The translations under genes and the position numbers were made by a program. From Felis catus (lineage: Eukaryota), in assembly GCF_018350175.1 (NCBI RefSeq), contig NC_058368.1, positions 184,142,001-184,206,000 on the forward strand: 64,000 bases of DNA. Reading direction: 5' to 3'. Shown in pieces: positions 12,341 to 25,595 of the stretch. The first letter of the stretch is position 1. Each line of letters starts with the position of its first letter. Below the pieces are notes generated by a model. The model saw only the letters and a program-made list of their open reading frames with translations. It did not search any database and was not told the DNA's origin.

Positions 12341-12700
12341 TGTGCTCGCGTCCCTCTCTCTCCTCCCTCCTTCCTCTCTCTCCTCTCTCTCTCTCCTCTC
12401 TCCTTCTCTCCAGCTATCACTGTCTAATGGAGAGTTACAATTCGGCTTATTCGGCACACAGTCAAAGAGGACACGCTGGCAGGCAACTGTGCAGTCCCAA
12501 CCCCCCCCCCCACCCTCCTGCTGAGACACGTGAATGTGTTGTGAATAAAGACAAAGCCCCGAAACAGTGCAGCACAATACTCCCTGAAAAAGCGCTGCAA
12601 TGATACTCCCGCACTGCAACTCCGCAGATGGCCAGGCAGCCAGGCTAGGAGATGGACCGCATTCCCCTTGCCCTCCCTCATAGGAACGTGCATGATAAAG
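12285..12700 (-). promoter_or_regulatory. Candidate promoter
   Basis: The clearest GC/CpG-enriched non-repeat segment in the window: (CT)/(GA) tract ~12350-12410, C-run/CACCC box ~12496-12515, E-box CACGTG 12527-12532 and multiple retained CpGs. Confidence 0.6.
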
Positions 12701-13489
12701 TTTGGCTCAGGACTTTGCTTCCCTTTCAGGGGACCTTGTTTTCTGTCGATAGAAGTTCTATTACTAACTGGCTGAACATCTTGAACAGAAGTGTTTTAGA
12801 TAGTTTTCTATTATGTTAAACTTGGAGAACCTAGAAAATCCCTGACTTGTTGCCAAAGGAACTGACTTTTCCAACTTTTGAAGATAAACATCAGTTCTGT
12901 TAGACCCCAAATAAATGTTTTCATGGTAGTGGAAGATGGATTTCTCTAGTCTGAGTATTCCCGGGGGGACTGAGTGGGAAGAGGTTGGGGGAGGTGAGCA
13001 AACAAACAAAAAGCATCAGTATCTCACAGGGGCCAAAAATAGAAACTGAGATAAACTAAAATGAAATTGATGAACGAGTCTAGAAGAACCGAAGTGCAAA
13101 GGAATGAACACAGTGAATAAATGGGATACACTGATTCCCTATAGTTAGCATTCAGTTTGATAACAGACAGAGATCCTACTTATATTGTTCATGTTTTGTG
13201 GGTTTTGCAACTATTAATATACAAGTAAACATAGGCTAACGTATATGCTGCATTCAGAAAAGATTTAGTAGATAATAACCTGGAGGTGTTTGCCTAAGAA
13301 AGATTACAGATTTTCTTTTTTTCATATTAAAAAAGTCACAGCAAGTTAATGAACTATGAATTACATACCCCCAAATGTTGGTCCCAACCAATTAATACTA
13401 TTAGTATAAAAGTACCATAATACAATAATATTCTAAAGTACAATAATAATATAATCCAGACATTACTTTTGGGGAAATTAATTAAGTAT

Positions 13490-14055
13490 ATGATAAGATT
13501 AGATTTATCTAAAAGGGCCAAAACATCTAAAATAAATAATGGCTGAAATAAAATATGAACTTATTTCTATCCCTCATGAAAAAGAAGTCTGTAGCTAAAA
13601 AACCCAGGGCTGGATTTGAGTTCCATGATCATCAGGGATCTAAGCTCCCTGTTAGCCATCTTCAACATGTTCCATCATCAAGCTGTTGCCATTAAACTGA
13701 TAACTAAACTTCAGGAAGAGAGAAGAATTGAGGAATATGCTCCCTATTGAAGAATATATCCTGGAAGTTGCACATGATATTTCTTTGACCAGAAATTAAC
13801 CATATGGACAGAGCTAGCTGCATGTTAGCTTAAAAAGTAGAGTATCTATTTGAAATGCTCATGTAGGGGTGCCTGGGTGGCTCAGTCAGTTGAGCGACCT
13901 ACTTCAACTCAGGTCATGATCTCGCGGTTTGTGAGTTCCAGCCCAGCGTTGGGCTCTGTGCTGACAGCTCAAAGCCTGGAGCCTGTTTCAGATTCTGTGT
14001 CTCCCTCTCTCTCTGACCCTCCCCGTTCATGTCATGCGCTGTCTCTCCCTGTCTC

Positions 14056-14102
<47 letters not shown>

Positions 14103-14213
14103 AAGAATGAAATGCCCATGTACATGGCTAAAAATCTGAACTTTCTAAAAATCTGAGTATTACTAAGGAAGAAAGAAATGATAGAATATGGGGGGAAATA
14201 TCAGTGTCTGCCA
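13490..14213 (-). mobile_element. Ancient MaLR LTR (MLT1K/J-like), split by a SINE
   Basis: Degenerate MLT1 motifs (AATAATGGCTGAAATAA...CTTATTTCT, CCAGGGCTGG, ATCAGGGATCTAAGCTCC, terminal GTCTGCCA). Confidence 0.5.
13866..14107 (+). mobile_element. Can-SINE with long A tail
   Basis: Canonical head, CT tract and ~38-nt pure A run. TSD TGAAATGCTCATGTA (13851-13865) / TGAAATGCCCATGTA (14108-14122). Confidence 0.96.
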
Positions 14214-15099
14214 TGGTAAGATAACGGATAATGGATATTATAAATGATACCATAATGTTTATTTCACATATATCCCAATGTATAACTGCCATATAATTTA
14301 GGGAATTGATTCCATCTCCAGCAGGGGACCTGTTTAAACCAATCATGGCAACATCAACATGCTTGCTGTTCAGGAACCCAGGCCTGAGACATCTAGGGCA
14401 TTGCATTCCCTTATTATTGGCAGCTGTTCATTCAAGGATGTTATATTTTTTAACCTTGACCCAATAAAACCACAAAAAATCCTTTTTGTGGGAAAAAGGA
14501 TTTAGGATCCTGTTTTAAGATGAAAAAGATAATTAGGAGAAAGAGAAGGGAAAATGGGTAACTGAAGAAATTAATGAAATTTTGGATCAACTCTAAAGAC
14601 AACACTAACTCTAACCTTGTAGTTATGTGCACCAATATATTGCCTTTTTATGCCACTCTCACGTGCGTCTCTGTTAGTAACCAAAAATATTCTCAATTCT
14701 ACATGTATCAACCTCCAGTCTGAAGAATTTGGTATATCATTCCTTGTCCTCAGTCTTACCATCATGTGTGAAATTGCATGGCTCAGTGACAAGCATTTTT
14801 TTTTATTAAAAATAGGAAATATAAAGGACATACTAAACCTCTACTTATACCGAAATTTGAAACTTTCACTCTATTTAAAGTTATTTCTAACAATTTAACT
14901 TAATTTTTCTAACAATTTAATTTGGCATTCCAAATGGAGTAGAAATTCAATTTATTGATGAGTGGGGGACATGCCACAAATGCAATAGATGTAAATAACT
15001 ATTGTTTTTTGTTATAATTATTATTTCTCAGGACTTAACTCGACTATCCTGTGTGTCTTTCATCTCACTTCGGTGTGTAATAATAATTATTGCATTTTA

Positions 15100-15241
15100 A
15101 TAGTTAACAGTTATTCATTGGTGTATTTACCCTATGTCAGATCCTGCTTTAAGTATTTATACTACATGAACTCATGTAATCTTCACATCTTCAGCTTAAT
15201 GAGGGGTATATTATTCTACTCATTTTATGAATTAAGAAATG
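15100..15241 (-). mobile_element. MIR fragment; continues at ~17781-17850 beyond the inserted L1
   Basis: MIR-like core (ACTCATGTAATCTTCAC...CATTTTATGA) resumes as GAGAAACTGA...TTAAGTAACTTGCTCAAGATCACAG. Confidence 0.6.
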
Positions 15242-16862
15242 GAGTCACATACATAACCAAAATTGGCACAAGGAAAAATCTTAATAGTCAAATGTCAATT
15301 AAGGAAATTGATTTTATAATAAAAAACCTTCCCACAAACAAAACAAAACACTTTAGTCTATACCTGTCAATTCAAGATTCACGAAAGAAATGATATCAAT
15401 TAACACAAAAACTTCACAAGCCCTTCTGTTTGCTGGAAGAAGAAACAGTGCCCAATTAAGTTTATGGAGCCAGAATTACCTTGAAACCAAAGCCAGAAAA
15501 AGACATCATAAAAAAGGAGAGGACAAACAAATGTCTCTCATGAACTAAGATACAAATGTCCTTATCAGAACACTGCAGAGAAAATCCAGCAATATAAGTA
15601 AAGGACAGTATATTATGACCAAGAGGGTTTTATACATGCATTCAAATTTGAGTTAATATAAAAAAAAAATAGCATTACCATGTTAATATAATTAAGGGAA
15701 GAGTTATATTATTACTTTAATAAATATAAAAAACTGAAAATTCAACTTTGATTCATAATAAATAACATTGTCTATTCTTTCCTTTTCATCGCCTTTGTTT
15801 TGGATGTCCAGCCAATGCAGTAAGAAAAGAAATAAAAGGCAACCAGATTGGAAAAAAAGAAATAAAGTTATCTTTATTATCAGTCAATATGGCTATTTAT
15901 ATAGAAGAATAACCTAAGAAATTTCTTTTTTTTTCCAACGTTTATTTATTTTTGGGACAGAGAGAGACAGAGCATGAACGGGGGAGGGGCAGAGAGAGAG
16001 GGAGACACAGAATCGGAAACAGGCTCCAGGCTCCGAGCCATCAGCCCAGAGCCTGACGCGGGGCTCGAACTCACGGACTGTGAGATCGTGACCTGGCTGA
16101 AGTCGGACGCTTAACTGACTGCGCCACCCAGGCGCCCCAGAAATTTCAAAAATAAAAACGTATCAGAACTAATAAATGAATTTAATAATATCAAAGAATA
16201 CATGTAACTATACAAAAATAAATTATATTTCTAGATACTACCAATGAAAAATTATAAAACAAAAGTGTATATACATTTGCATACATGTATATGTACATAT
16301 AGACACACATAATTCATGTACCATAGCATCAAAAATTTATAATATTCAAAAATAAATTTAGCAAAACAGGTGCAATGTTTATACACTGAAAACTAAAAAA
16401 CAGAGAAAAATCAAAGACTAAATTCATCTTCATTACTCGGTATCTTTAAAATGCCAATTCTTCATAAACTGACCTATAGAGTAAACATAATTCCTATTAG
16501 AACTGCAGCTGGATTTTTGAGAAGTCGACAGACTTATTTTAAAATGGATATGGAAATACAAAGGATCTATAGTAACCAAAATAACAGTACAAAAAATATA
16601 AAAAACAAAAAGCAGAGTTAAAGGATTATTTACTCTGTTTTGAAAACTTATAATAAAGCTACATTAATCAAGATAGTGATACAAGGTCAAAGAACAAAAG
16701 TTGTAAAATAAAATTTTATAAATTAGACTTTATCAAAATTTAAAACTTCTGCTATTCAAATGATACCATTAAGAAAATAAAAAAGCAAGTCCCAGTGTTT
16801 GAGAAGATACTTGTAATACTTACATCTAACAAAGATTTATATCCAGATTATATATAGATATA

Positions 16863-16904
<42 letters not shown>

Positions 16905-17632
16905 TAGATAGATATCTACTCTACAATTACAAGAATAATAGTTTTATTTAAAAATTGGCAGTGTAAAACATTTCAAAAAGAAGATATGCCAATATGCACA
17001 TAAAAATGCTCATATCTTTGATTGTCAGGGAAATGCAAAACAAAAGCATAATGAAATGAGTACACCCTGATTAGAACAATTGAAATGAAAAGGACTGATG
17101 CTATTAAGTATTGGTGAGGATATGGATAAACTAGAACCCTTACACATTACTATTTTGGAAAATTGTATGATAGCTTCTTATAAAGTTAAACATGCATGAT
17201 TCAGGAATTCTATTTCTCAATGTAACAACCAAGAGAAGTGAAAGAAATATGTCCACAGAAGACTTGTACACAAATGTCCATGGCAGCTTCTTATTAATAA
17301 CCAATAGCTAAATAGGAAGAAAAGACATTTCCATCAACATATGCCTAAATAAACAAAATCTATACAATGAAATACTTTTCAACAATAAAAAGGAACATAG
17401 TACTAATACATACAACATGCATGAATTTGTTAAGATTCTGCAATATTGCATTAGGTGCAATGCTAGAAAAATGAAATTTAAAGTAACTGACAGAAAAAAG
17501 ATCAGTGTTTTCCCGAGGTCAGGGTTTCTCTGTGTATGTATGTATGTATGTTACAAAATGGCATAAGGATAATTTTTGGAACAAGGACCTATTCTACACC
17601 TTGACTGTTCGTCACATGGTGGTTATAATATA

Positions 17633-17663
<31 letters not shown>

Positions 17664-17772
17664 GTATATATATATATAGTATATATACATTTCTTCAAAC
17701 TCATCTAACTACAAAATTAAAATGAATGCATTTTATTTTATGTAAATTACAGCTCAGTAAAGTTGTTTTGAA
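15242..17772 (+). mobile_element. Old, decayed 5'-truncated L1 (L1MD/L1ME-like) inserted into a MIR
   Basis: ORF2 remnants and a 3' end TGCATTTTATTTTATGTAAATTACAGCTCAGTAAAGTTG. 8-bp TSD AAGAAATG (15234-15241 / 17773-17780). Confidence 0.8.
15926..16138 (-). mobile_element. Young SINEC_Fc nested in L1
   Basis: Reverse-complement SINEC_Fc. TSD AGAAATTTC at 15917-15925 / 16139-16147. Confidence 0.97.
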
Positions 17773-18132
17773 AAGAAATGAGAAACTGATCCACTCTGCA
17801 TTAAGTAACTTGCTCAAGATCACAGTCAATAGCAGAACTACAATTTGAACCTTACTTATTTATGCTACTTACCTACTTATTTATGCTAACTCTTGCCAAG
17901 TTTAGAAATTACTTGCAAGAATGAGGAATTTAAGGTAAATTATAGGACAAGGAAAGAGGAAAGGAGAGAATGGTGGTTACCAGAAGGTCTTTCAAATTTA
18001 AGATAATTGCAAGGACATGATCTTCCCAATCCATATTTCTCCCATGGTGTCTTTCTAAATATTTCAGTTCTTACTACACATAATTGATTCTTACCCTCTT
18101 ATCTATAAACTTATTTTGAATTTCTGCTGATT

Positions 18133-18513
18133 TGTCTTAGTCAGCTCAGGCTGCTGTAACAGAATGCCATAAACTGGTGGTTTGAACATGAGACATTTAT
18201 TTCTCATAGTTCTTGAAGCTGGCAAGTCCAATATCAAGGTGCCCACATACCCAGTATCTGGTAGAGGCCTGCTTTCTGATGTGCAGATAGCCATCTTGTT
18301 CTTATATCCCCTCTTGGCAGAAAACAGAGGGAGAGATTCCCTCCTACTTTTATAAGGACATTAATCCCATCATGAAGGCTCCACCCTTATGATCTAATCT
18401 AATTTTAATTACCTCCCAAAGATTCTACCTGCTAATAACATTCCACTGGGGGTGAGGGTTTCAGCATATGAATTTTGGGGGGAGGGGGGTTCCCAAACAC
18501 ACAATCCATAACA
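18133..18513 (-). mobile_element. MaLR solo LTR (MLT1A0-like)
   Basis: TGTCTTAGTCAGCTCAGGCTGCTGTAACAGAATGCCATAAACTGG ... CAATCCATAACA, with TG..CA termini. Confidence 0.88.
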
Positions 18514-19635
18514 GTCATCCTTTCTGTTTTATAACTTCATTTTGCCATAAATCCTCATGAAGTACCCCTTTATAGATCTCTTTCTGCTTAATGTTTTCCA
18601 CTCTCTCTAATTCAAATTCCCAAGAAGAAAATCTGATTGGCCCAATAAATTTGGACTAAATCACAAAAGCTTTATCATGGGTCACAGGCAAGCAATTGTT
18701 TAGCTTTCCTTAGGTGTGGTGCCCAATCTTAGATCCATTAGGTGTAGCATATGAGATGAGGTTTATGTGGTCTAAAAAACAAACAAACAGACAAACATGA
18801 TTGCCAGATGGGATTATAAGAATGGTACTGCCATTATTAGTTTCAATTTTCTCTGAAATAAGTGGTGATATTTGTGAAAGGAGTATGCATATCAATATAT
18901 TTACAGATTTATGTATGCAAACATATAGACACACATTTCTACACATACACACGTAAAGAACTATATTCCTTTTGGACAGCATAGATCCTGATGACTTAAT
19001 AGTTCTAGTCCATGTGAAGGCCTCACATTCTTTCTTTCCCCTAGCCTCATCCTATCTATTTTGATTAAATTAATCCTTTTTGCAATTCTCATGAATACGT
19101 GTGTGTGTGCATACCTAGATATACAAAGAAATAATTTATTCTTCTTAGATGTCACAGAAAAATGTAAAACGGTCTACCTGTAGTTCTTTTCTATTGAAAT
19201 AGGATTCTTGACATGCAAATAAACAAGATCGCTTTTAATTTTTAAGACTCAAAGAACACTGAATTTAAATTTGCAGACCCATCCCAAGCCTCCTACTCTC
19301 AAAACTCCTCCACAAGTCAAATTAGTGAATGATGACCCATAAATAGATAATTAGAACAACAAAGAGGCTAATGAGTAAACATTAGTCATGCCTACTGAAT
19401 GGGGTGAGCATAGTTCATCCCACTCAAAATTCTGCTTAGCAAATTAATTTCTAATATTATAAGAAAAACTCATTATTTCATTTGTCTTCTTGAATTTTTG
19501 TTTTCTGAATAAATGAAGAAAAATAGTGCAATATAAAATTGTAAAATAAAGAATGAAAATTCTGGTTTACTAAAGGTACCTCTGAATTGGTAATTTTCTT
19601 GTTACAAGGCAGAAAATATTAAAAGTTAGCACAAT

Positions 19636-19804
19636 GAAAAAATAGAGAGAAGAGAAATAAACCAAGAAAGAAATAGACTCTTAGCTATAGAGAACACATT
19701 GATGGTTACCAGAGGGTGGGGGGATGGATAAAATAGATAATGAAGATTAAGGAGTGCACTTGTCTTCATGAGCACCAGGTCATTAAAATAAAAATTTAAA
19801 AAAA
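19636..19804 (+). mobile_element. Very short carnivore L1 3' UTR retrocopy
   Basis: GATGGTTACCAGAGGG...GATTAAGGAGTGCACTTG matches the L1 tail at 37800-37880. A tail present; TSD AGCACAAT (19628-19635 / 19805-19812). Confidence 0.8.
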
Positions 19805-21025
19805 AGCACAATATATAAAAATTAAGGCAAAAATAACATTTGTGAGAAAATAAATAACTCCTGTATTTGAAAGTAGCATTATTACTATTCTTCCATGCAG
19901 GTAGGAAAGACAAAGTTGTGCAGGCAGGGTGGTCCAAATGTACTCATGCTGTGCCATTTTGAATAGTAAATGTCAGTCTGTTACTACCCACTTGGCCTTA
20001 CACTTTCTTAACTAAATCCTTGAAGTGTCGTATTGAGTACTACTAATAACAGGAAATAAATTGCCCATGAGACATCTTACTTCCAACTGGTGAAAATCAC
20101 CATTCATTTTTGTAAAATTAGTTAATATAAAAATAAATTCCCTGTAAGTTCCAACCCTAAGTCCAAGTTTTGCCTTCTAAAGGCAGATTAGTCACCACTC
20201 TGTATACTGGTGTATATAATGTTTGGAAACAACTCCTATTTACTGTCTCACTCCCTTGGTCCACTCTCCCTTTGTTTAAACAAAACATGACTAATTTTCA
20301 CTAATTTCTCAAATGACATTTTTAACGTATCTTTTATAATTTTATCCCTGGTTCACTGAAGAAGTTCACTGCCAAGTTCACTGAACTTGAAAAGTCTAAC
20401 AAAAAAGGTGATCTTCAAGCAGCCTGTCAAATGTAGACACTGTGTTTTGATGAAGCTTCCTGGGGTTCAGCCATCTTGACTTACTGCCCACCAGACATCT
20501 CCCCTCTTTTAATTTCACCCCTGAAAAGAAAGTATATTATACCCAAATGCATGACTTTGGGTAAAGTTTTATTATATTTCTATCTCATTCATTTCAGAAA
20601 TTAGCTATCCTAAATAAGCTTTTACTATCTTCATGCATAGTGTTTATTTCAAATGTTGAACATGATATGTACCTGTACCAGGCCATCAGAGAACAGCTTC
20701 AGATAAAAATGGATCTATTAATTAGTGCTCTGTGTGGCATGGTACAGTTAAAGAACTACATGCTGCATCAAGATATTACTTGGAGATTTCAACTGAGGCA
20801 CAAAGACAGAGCAGATATAAAATTACAGTCTTGCATTTACAAAGGATTTAACTCTTAAAAATCTTTCAGTCACACCGAGGTTATAAAAAGGGGAAAAAAT
20901 GAAGAAAGGAGACTATTTCTGTGGGGAAGATTTCTTTGGGAAAATGGTGCTGTATATTCCATTCCACAGGAATTGAGGGGTATATGATATAAAAAAAAAA
21001 AGAAAAAAAAGAAGAAGAAATTTAT

Positions 21026-21813
21026 AGTGATATTGTGATTTAAAATAAGAACTATATATTTGGTCTCTGTCTCCATTTCTGGCTCAGAGATCCTAAAACT
21101 CTTGGAATTTCCCAAGAGAAATTTCTTTTATTACGCTAATGGGTGACTTTTGGACCTCTCTTAAGGATGGGGGATGATTGTCAGGAGAACCAACCAAGTT
21201 GATGAGAGGGTTGAAACTTTCAGGCCCACCCTTGACCTCTAAGGAATGAATCAGTTGCCAATGGCCAATGACTTAATCAATCATAACTATGTAATGCAGT
21301 CTCCATAAAAAAAAAAAAAAAAAAAAAAAAGGACTGGATTTGGAGAGCTTCTAGGTTGGTGAACATGGGTTGGTGCTGGGAGAGTGGTACTTCCAGATAA
21401 GGCAAGGAACGGTGGCGTCCTTTCTCCATGCATTTTCCTATGTGTCTCTTCCATCTGACTGTTCCTGGGTTATATCCTTTTATAATAGGCTGGATACCTA
21501 ATAAAAAATGTTTCTCTGAGTTCTGTGCTGCTTTAGTAAATTAACAGAATCCAAAGACAGGGCCTTGGGAACCTCTGATTTTATTTCCAGTCAGTCAGAA
21601 GTACAGGTAACACTTGGGCTTGAGATTGGTTCTAAAGTTAGGGGTGGAGGGTGCAAGCACAGACAGTCTGGTAGGACTGAACCCTTAACATAAGCCATAT
21701 GATGCTATTTCTGGGTAAATGATGTCAGAAATGAATCGTAGGACCCAGCTCGTGTTTTGAAAATTGCTTGTTGAAATGATGATCCCACTCTCATACTGGA
21801 ACTGATGCCAGAA
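21026..21813 (+). mobile_element. ERVL-class solo LTR (MER21C-like)
   Basis: GTGATATTGTGATTTAAAATAAGAACTATATATTTGGTCTCTG start, plus GCCAATGGCCAATGACTTAATCAATCAT and TTTCTCTGAGTTCTGTG blocks typical of MER21. Confidence 0.8.
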
Positions 21814-22537
21814 TCTATTTAGATTTATAGATCAAAGCCTGACAAATACTGATGGAAGTCACTGTAGTTATACAGATAGAAGCTTGATATATATTGAGAG
21901 AAGCCACTGCAGCTAAGGGGCCTTCTGCATGAGAAATCTGGAGGATTGATAATGGGCTGTCCAACTGGTGGCAAAACAAAGGAGGAATTTCTATTGCTCT
22001 GGAATTTGCCAATTTGCCTGCATCGCCATGGTTTGTCATAGCATAGAGTGTGCATGTGTTTTTCATGGCCAGATGTGCAACTGCAGGGAAGGAGAAGGAG
22101 AAAAGGAAGAAAGGAGAGAGGAAGGGAGGGAGAGAGGAAGAGAGTGAGATGGGGATAGAGGCAGGGGCAGAGACAGACAGAAGGCCTGGAGCCATTTAAA
22201 AACATTTCCAAGAAGAGGACCTGAGGGGACGATGATTCTCCAATAATGAGAGTCTGGCTACCTAGAAAGATTAAATATAAGTGCACTACCTAAAACAAAC
22301 CAGGAAGTCAGAGACTGAATGGGGACTGGCCCCACCAGAGTAACATGCATTTTCTAGGAAATGCAGATTAAAGTTTACATTCTGTTTCCATTAAAGTTCT
22401 ATGAAGAACATACTTTCAACACTTGCCAGACCTGAAGAATGTCAAAGTATCTTAAATCACACTAGACAAATGAGAATTTTTCTGTCCTCTGAATATAACA
22501 TTACTCTCCCTTCTTTGACTTTAACAAAGTGAAATTA

Positions 22538-22735
22538 GGTGTATCAGTTGGTTAAGCATCCAACTTCGGCTCAGGTCACGATCTCACGGTTCAAGAGTTC
22601 GAGCCCCATATCAGGTTCTGTGCTGACAGCTCTGAGCCTGGAGCCTGCTTCGGATTCTGTGTCTCCCTCTCTCTGTGCCTCTCCCCTGCTCACGCTCTGT
22701 CTCCCAAAAATGAATAAACATTAAAAAAAATTTAA
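22538..22735 (+). mobile_element. Can-SINE, 5' end eroded
   Basis: TCAGTTGGTTAAGCATCCAACTTCGGCTCAGGTCACG body, CT tract and A tail. Confidence 0.93.
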
Positions 22736-23797
22736 GGAAATTAAATACTAGACTATAGTAAGACATGAAATAAAATAGGGTATATAGGAATAAATGCCCA
22801 ACCCCTCGCCAAAAAACAAAACAAAACAAAGCAAAAAAAAACCTGCAGTAAGCAAGATGAGGTGAAGGAAAGAAGGATCATGTCCCTTTCTTCAGTTTCC
22901 CGCCTACAAAGTCTTATTAGGGTGAGAAAAGATTATTTTAACTATTTTGGATCAAATACAGTTTTATTATTTGTAAATTTATATTTAATTTATTAATTGA
23001 GTCTCTAGTTGCAGTTTAAAGTGGCTGCCAAATATCTCTTTTCTCTAAAAAGTTTCAGAGAAGTCAAGGAGCTGCCCCAGTTTTCATGTAGGGAACTGGA
23101 AGGAGTCCCTCTCTGAATTAAACGACCAGTTAGAGATAAAAATAAAGATGCTCCTGATTATATCACTGTTTCTTCAGTGCACTAGTATCTTCTTTCACTA
23201 AAGCCTCATTCCTCCTTTTTATACACATGGATGGGGTGGAAAACATTGACAAGAAGATTACTAATATCCAGATGTTCCCTATGCTTTCTCTTACTCACTT
23301 TTGGGTAGACAATTTAGGAATGGAAATCAAATTAGTCTGTATTAACTAACTTTGGTGGAACCATTCTGTTGTCAAATAAACATCACTTTCTTTTCCGAAT
23401 CTTTATAAATGTTGTTATTAATTTTTCATTCTAAACTTATTAAAGTGACTGATGTCAAGTTTATCAGCTGTAATTGATAGAAGCCACCTTACTTTCAACA
23501 TTAGGCTAACTTGAATGTGTTTCTTTAGTGATGTTATCAGCATGTCAAGGCTTCTGAATGGCTTTCTAGAGGACCTGTGAAGATTAAGATCAACAATGAA
23601 GTTGATAAAAATTTTCTGCAACCACAGAGATTAATCTAGACAATTCCCTGTTTATTTGTTTTTCTTGTGCCATTTCATTATTGAAAGTGATTAGTTTGGA
23701 CAATGAGTTTTCAAATATGTTGTGCTCTTCTAATACTTTAAAATATTAAAGTGTTTTTGTTAAGCCAGAGGACAAAATGATTTGGTTTGATTCCTTC

Positions 23798-24014
23798 CTC
23801 TTTTTTTTTTAAGTTTATTTATATTTAGAGAGAGACAGAGTGTGAGCAGGAGAGGGGCAGAGGAGAGGGAGAGAGAGAGAGTCCCAAGCAGACTTTGTGC
23901 TGTCAGCACCATGGAACCCGAGGACACAGGGCTTGATCTCACAAACCGTGAGATCATGATCTGAGCCCAAATCAAGAGTTGGATAGTTAACCGACTGAGC
24001 CTCCCAGGCATCCC
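23798..24014 (-). mobile_element. Older Can-SINE
   Basis: Antisense SINE. TSD TTGATTCCTTC at 23787-23797 / 24015-24025. Confidence 0.95.
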
Positions 24015-24842
24015 TTGATTCCTTCATGTTTAGCTGGTGATGGCATCTCATGAATATTAACTGGCCACACTGTCATACAACTATGTTTTTTTTTTTCTTC
24101 AAAATTTGTATAGTAGTTTGTCAAGGAGGGCAGCATTGGGAATACTGACAGGGTAGTATAGTAAAACCGATCTTTACAAGACCACTATTTTAATTGTTCT
24201 ATTTATTCTAAATTTGGTAGACTGGCCATTTTACAATTAACTAGAATGCTCAATTAATTAGAATGATTTTTCTGTACTAAGCTTTCAAAAGGAATTCCTA
24301 CATGAAGAAAAAGGCTAAAAAAAAACAATGCAAAAAGCTTTCACAGCCAAATTCCTGACACATAGTAGACACTCAGTAATATATGTGATACAATTAAATG
24401 AATTAATAGGAATTTAATAATAAAGTAATTGTAAAGCAATATTCTAAATATAGATCCTGCCCTGTTCCTTCAGAATGTATCTCTGAATAAAATAGAATGA
24501 AGCAACCCTTCATTCTATTTTACAGTTCAGATACATGTAATTGCCAATATTACTTCTTAAATAGCTTTATTGAGGTATAATTGACATATAATAAACCACA
24601 CCTATTTAAAGAAAACAATTTGATAAGTCTGACTTATGAAACCATGATCACAATCTAGGTAATAAGCCTATGTATTTCCCCCAAAAGTTTCCTCTGCTGT
24701 TTTGTAATATCTTCCTCTGGCCCCAACTTCTCTTACATCCCCAGGTAACTGCTGGTCTGCTTTCTGTCACTATAGAGGAGTATACTTTTTTAAGAGTTTT
24801 TTAAGAATAAAAATCACATAATACTTAGCAGGTTTTTTTTTT

Positions 24843-25061
24843 AATTTTTTTTCAACTTTTTTTTTTGGGGGGGGGGGGGACAGAGAGAGACAGAACATGA
24901 ACGGGGGAGGGTCAGAGAGAGAGGGAGACACAGAATCCGAAGCAGGCTCCAGGCTCTGAGCCATCAGCCCAGAGCCCGACGCAGGGCTCGAACTCAAGGA
25001 CCGCGAGATCGTGACCTGGCTGAAGTCGGCCGCTTAACCGACTGCGCCACCCAGGCGCCCC
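24843..25061 (-). mobile_element. Young SINEC_Fc nested in L1
   Basis: Reverse-complement SINEC_Fc. TSD AGCAGGTTTTTTTTTT starts at 24827 and 25062. Confidence 0.97.
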
Positions 25062-25420
25062 AGCAGGTTTTTTTTTTTTTAAAAAGAGTGAGGTCTGGCT
25101 TCTACCATTCATCGCAATTATTTTGATACTAACTAAGACGATGATGCTGAGTGAACTATTAGTTTATTTCTTTGTATTCTTGAGTAATAGTCCATCATAT
25201 AGATATATCACAATATATTTATCCATTTACCTATTGATGGACATGTGAGATTTTTTTATCCCCCTAGGTTTTGACTATTACAAAAAAAGCTCCTATGAGT
25301 ACCCCTGTCCAAGTCTTGATATGAACTATGCTTTCTTTTCTTGTGATATATCTCTGGTAATAAAATGGCTGGATCATAGACTTGGTTTATGTTCAACTTT
25401 TTAAGAAACTTAAATTGTTT

Positions 25421-25553
25421 GGGGCCCCTGGGTGCCTCAATCTATTAAGCCTCTAACTTTGGCTAAGGTCATGATCTCACGGTTCATGATTTCGAGCCCC
25501 GCGTCGGGCTGGTGCTGACAGCTTGGAGCCTGGAGCCTGTTTCGGATTCTGTG

Positions 25554-25595
<42 letters not shown>

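Noticed and set aside
12230..12693. Four overlapping ORFs of 85-129 aa at the promoter
   Set aside because: Low-complexity translations of the CT/GA tract and C-run in GC-rich, stop-poor sequence. Some use non-ATG starts and none resembles a known protein.
14884..14920. Short direct repeats (also ~17853-17888, ~39886-39919, ~40785-40821, ~56869-56893) that could look like arrays
   Set aside because: Two-copy slippage duplications with no repeat-spacer periodicity. Not CRISPR or satellite.
21815..22286. 126 and 153 aa minus-strand ORFs
   Set aside because: Open largely because of a purine-rich tract; no recognisable domain or supporting gene structure.
23903..23920. REST/RE1-like TCAGCACCATGGA
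   Set aside because: The right half-site is broken (ACC instead of CAG) and it lies inside a diverged SINE.
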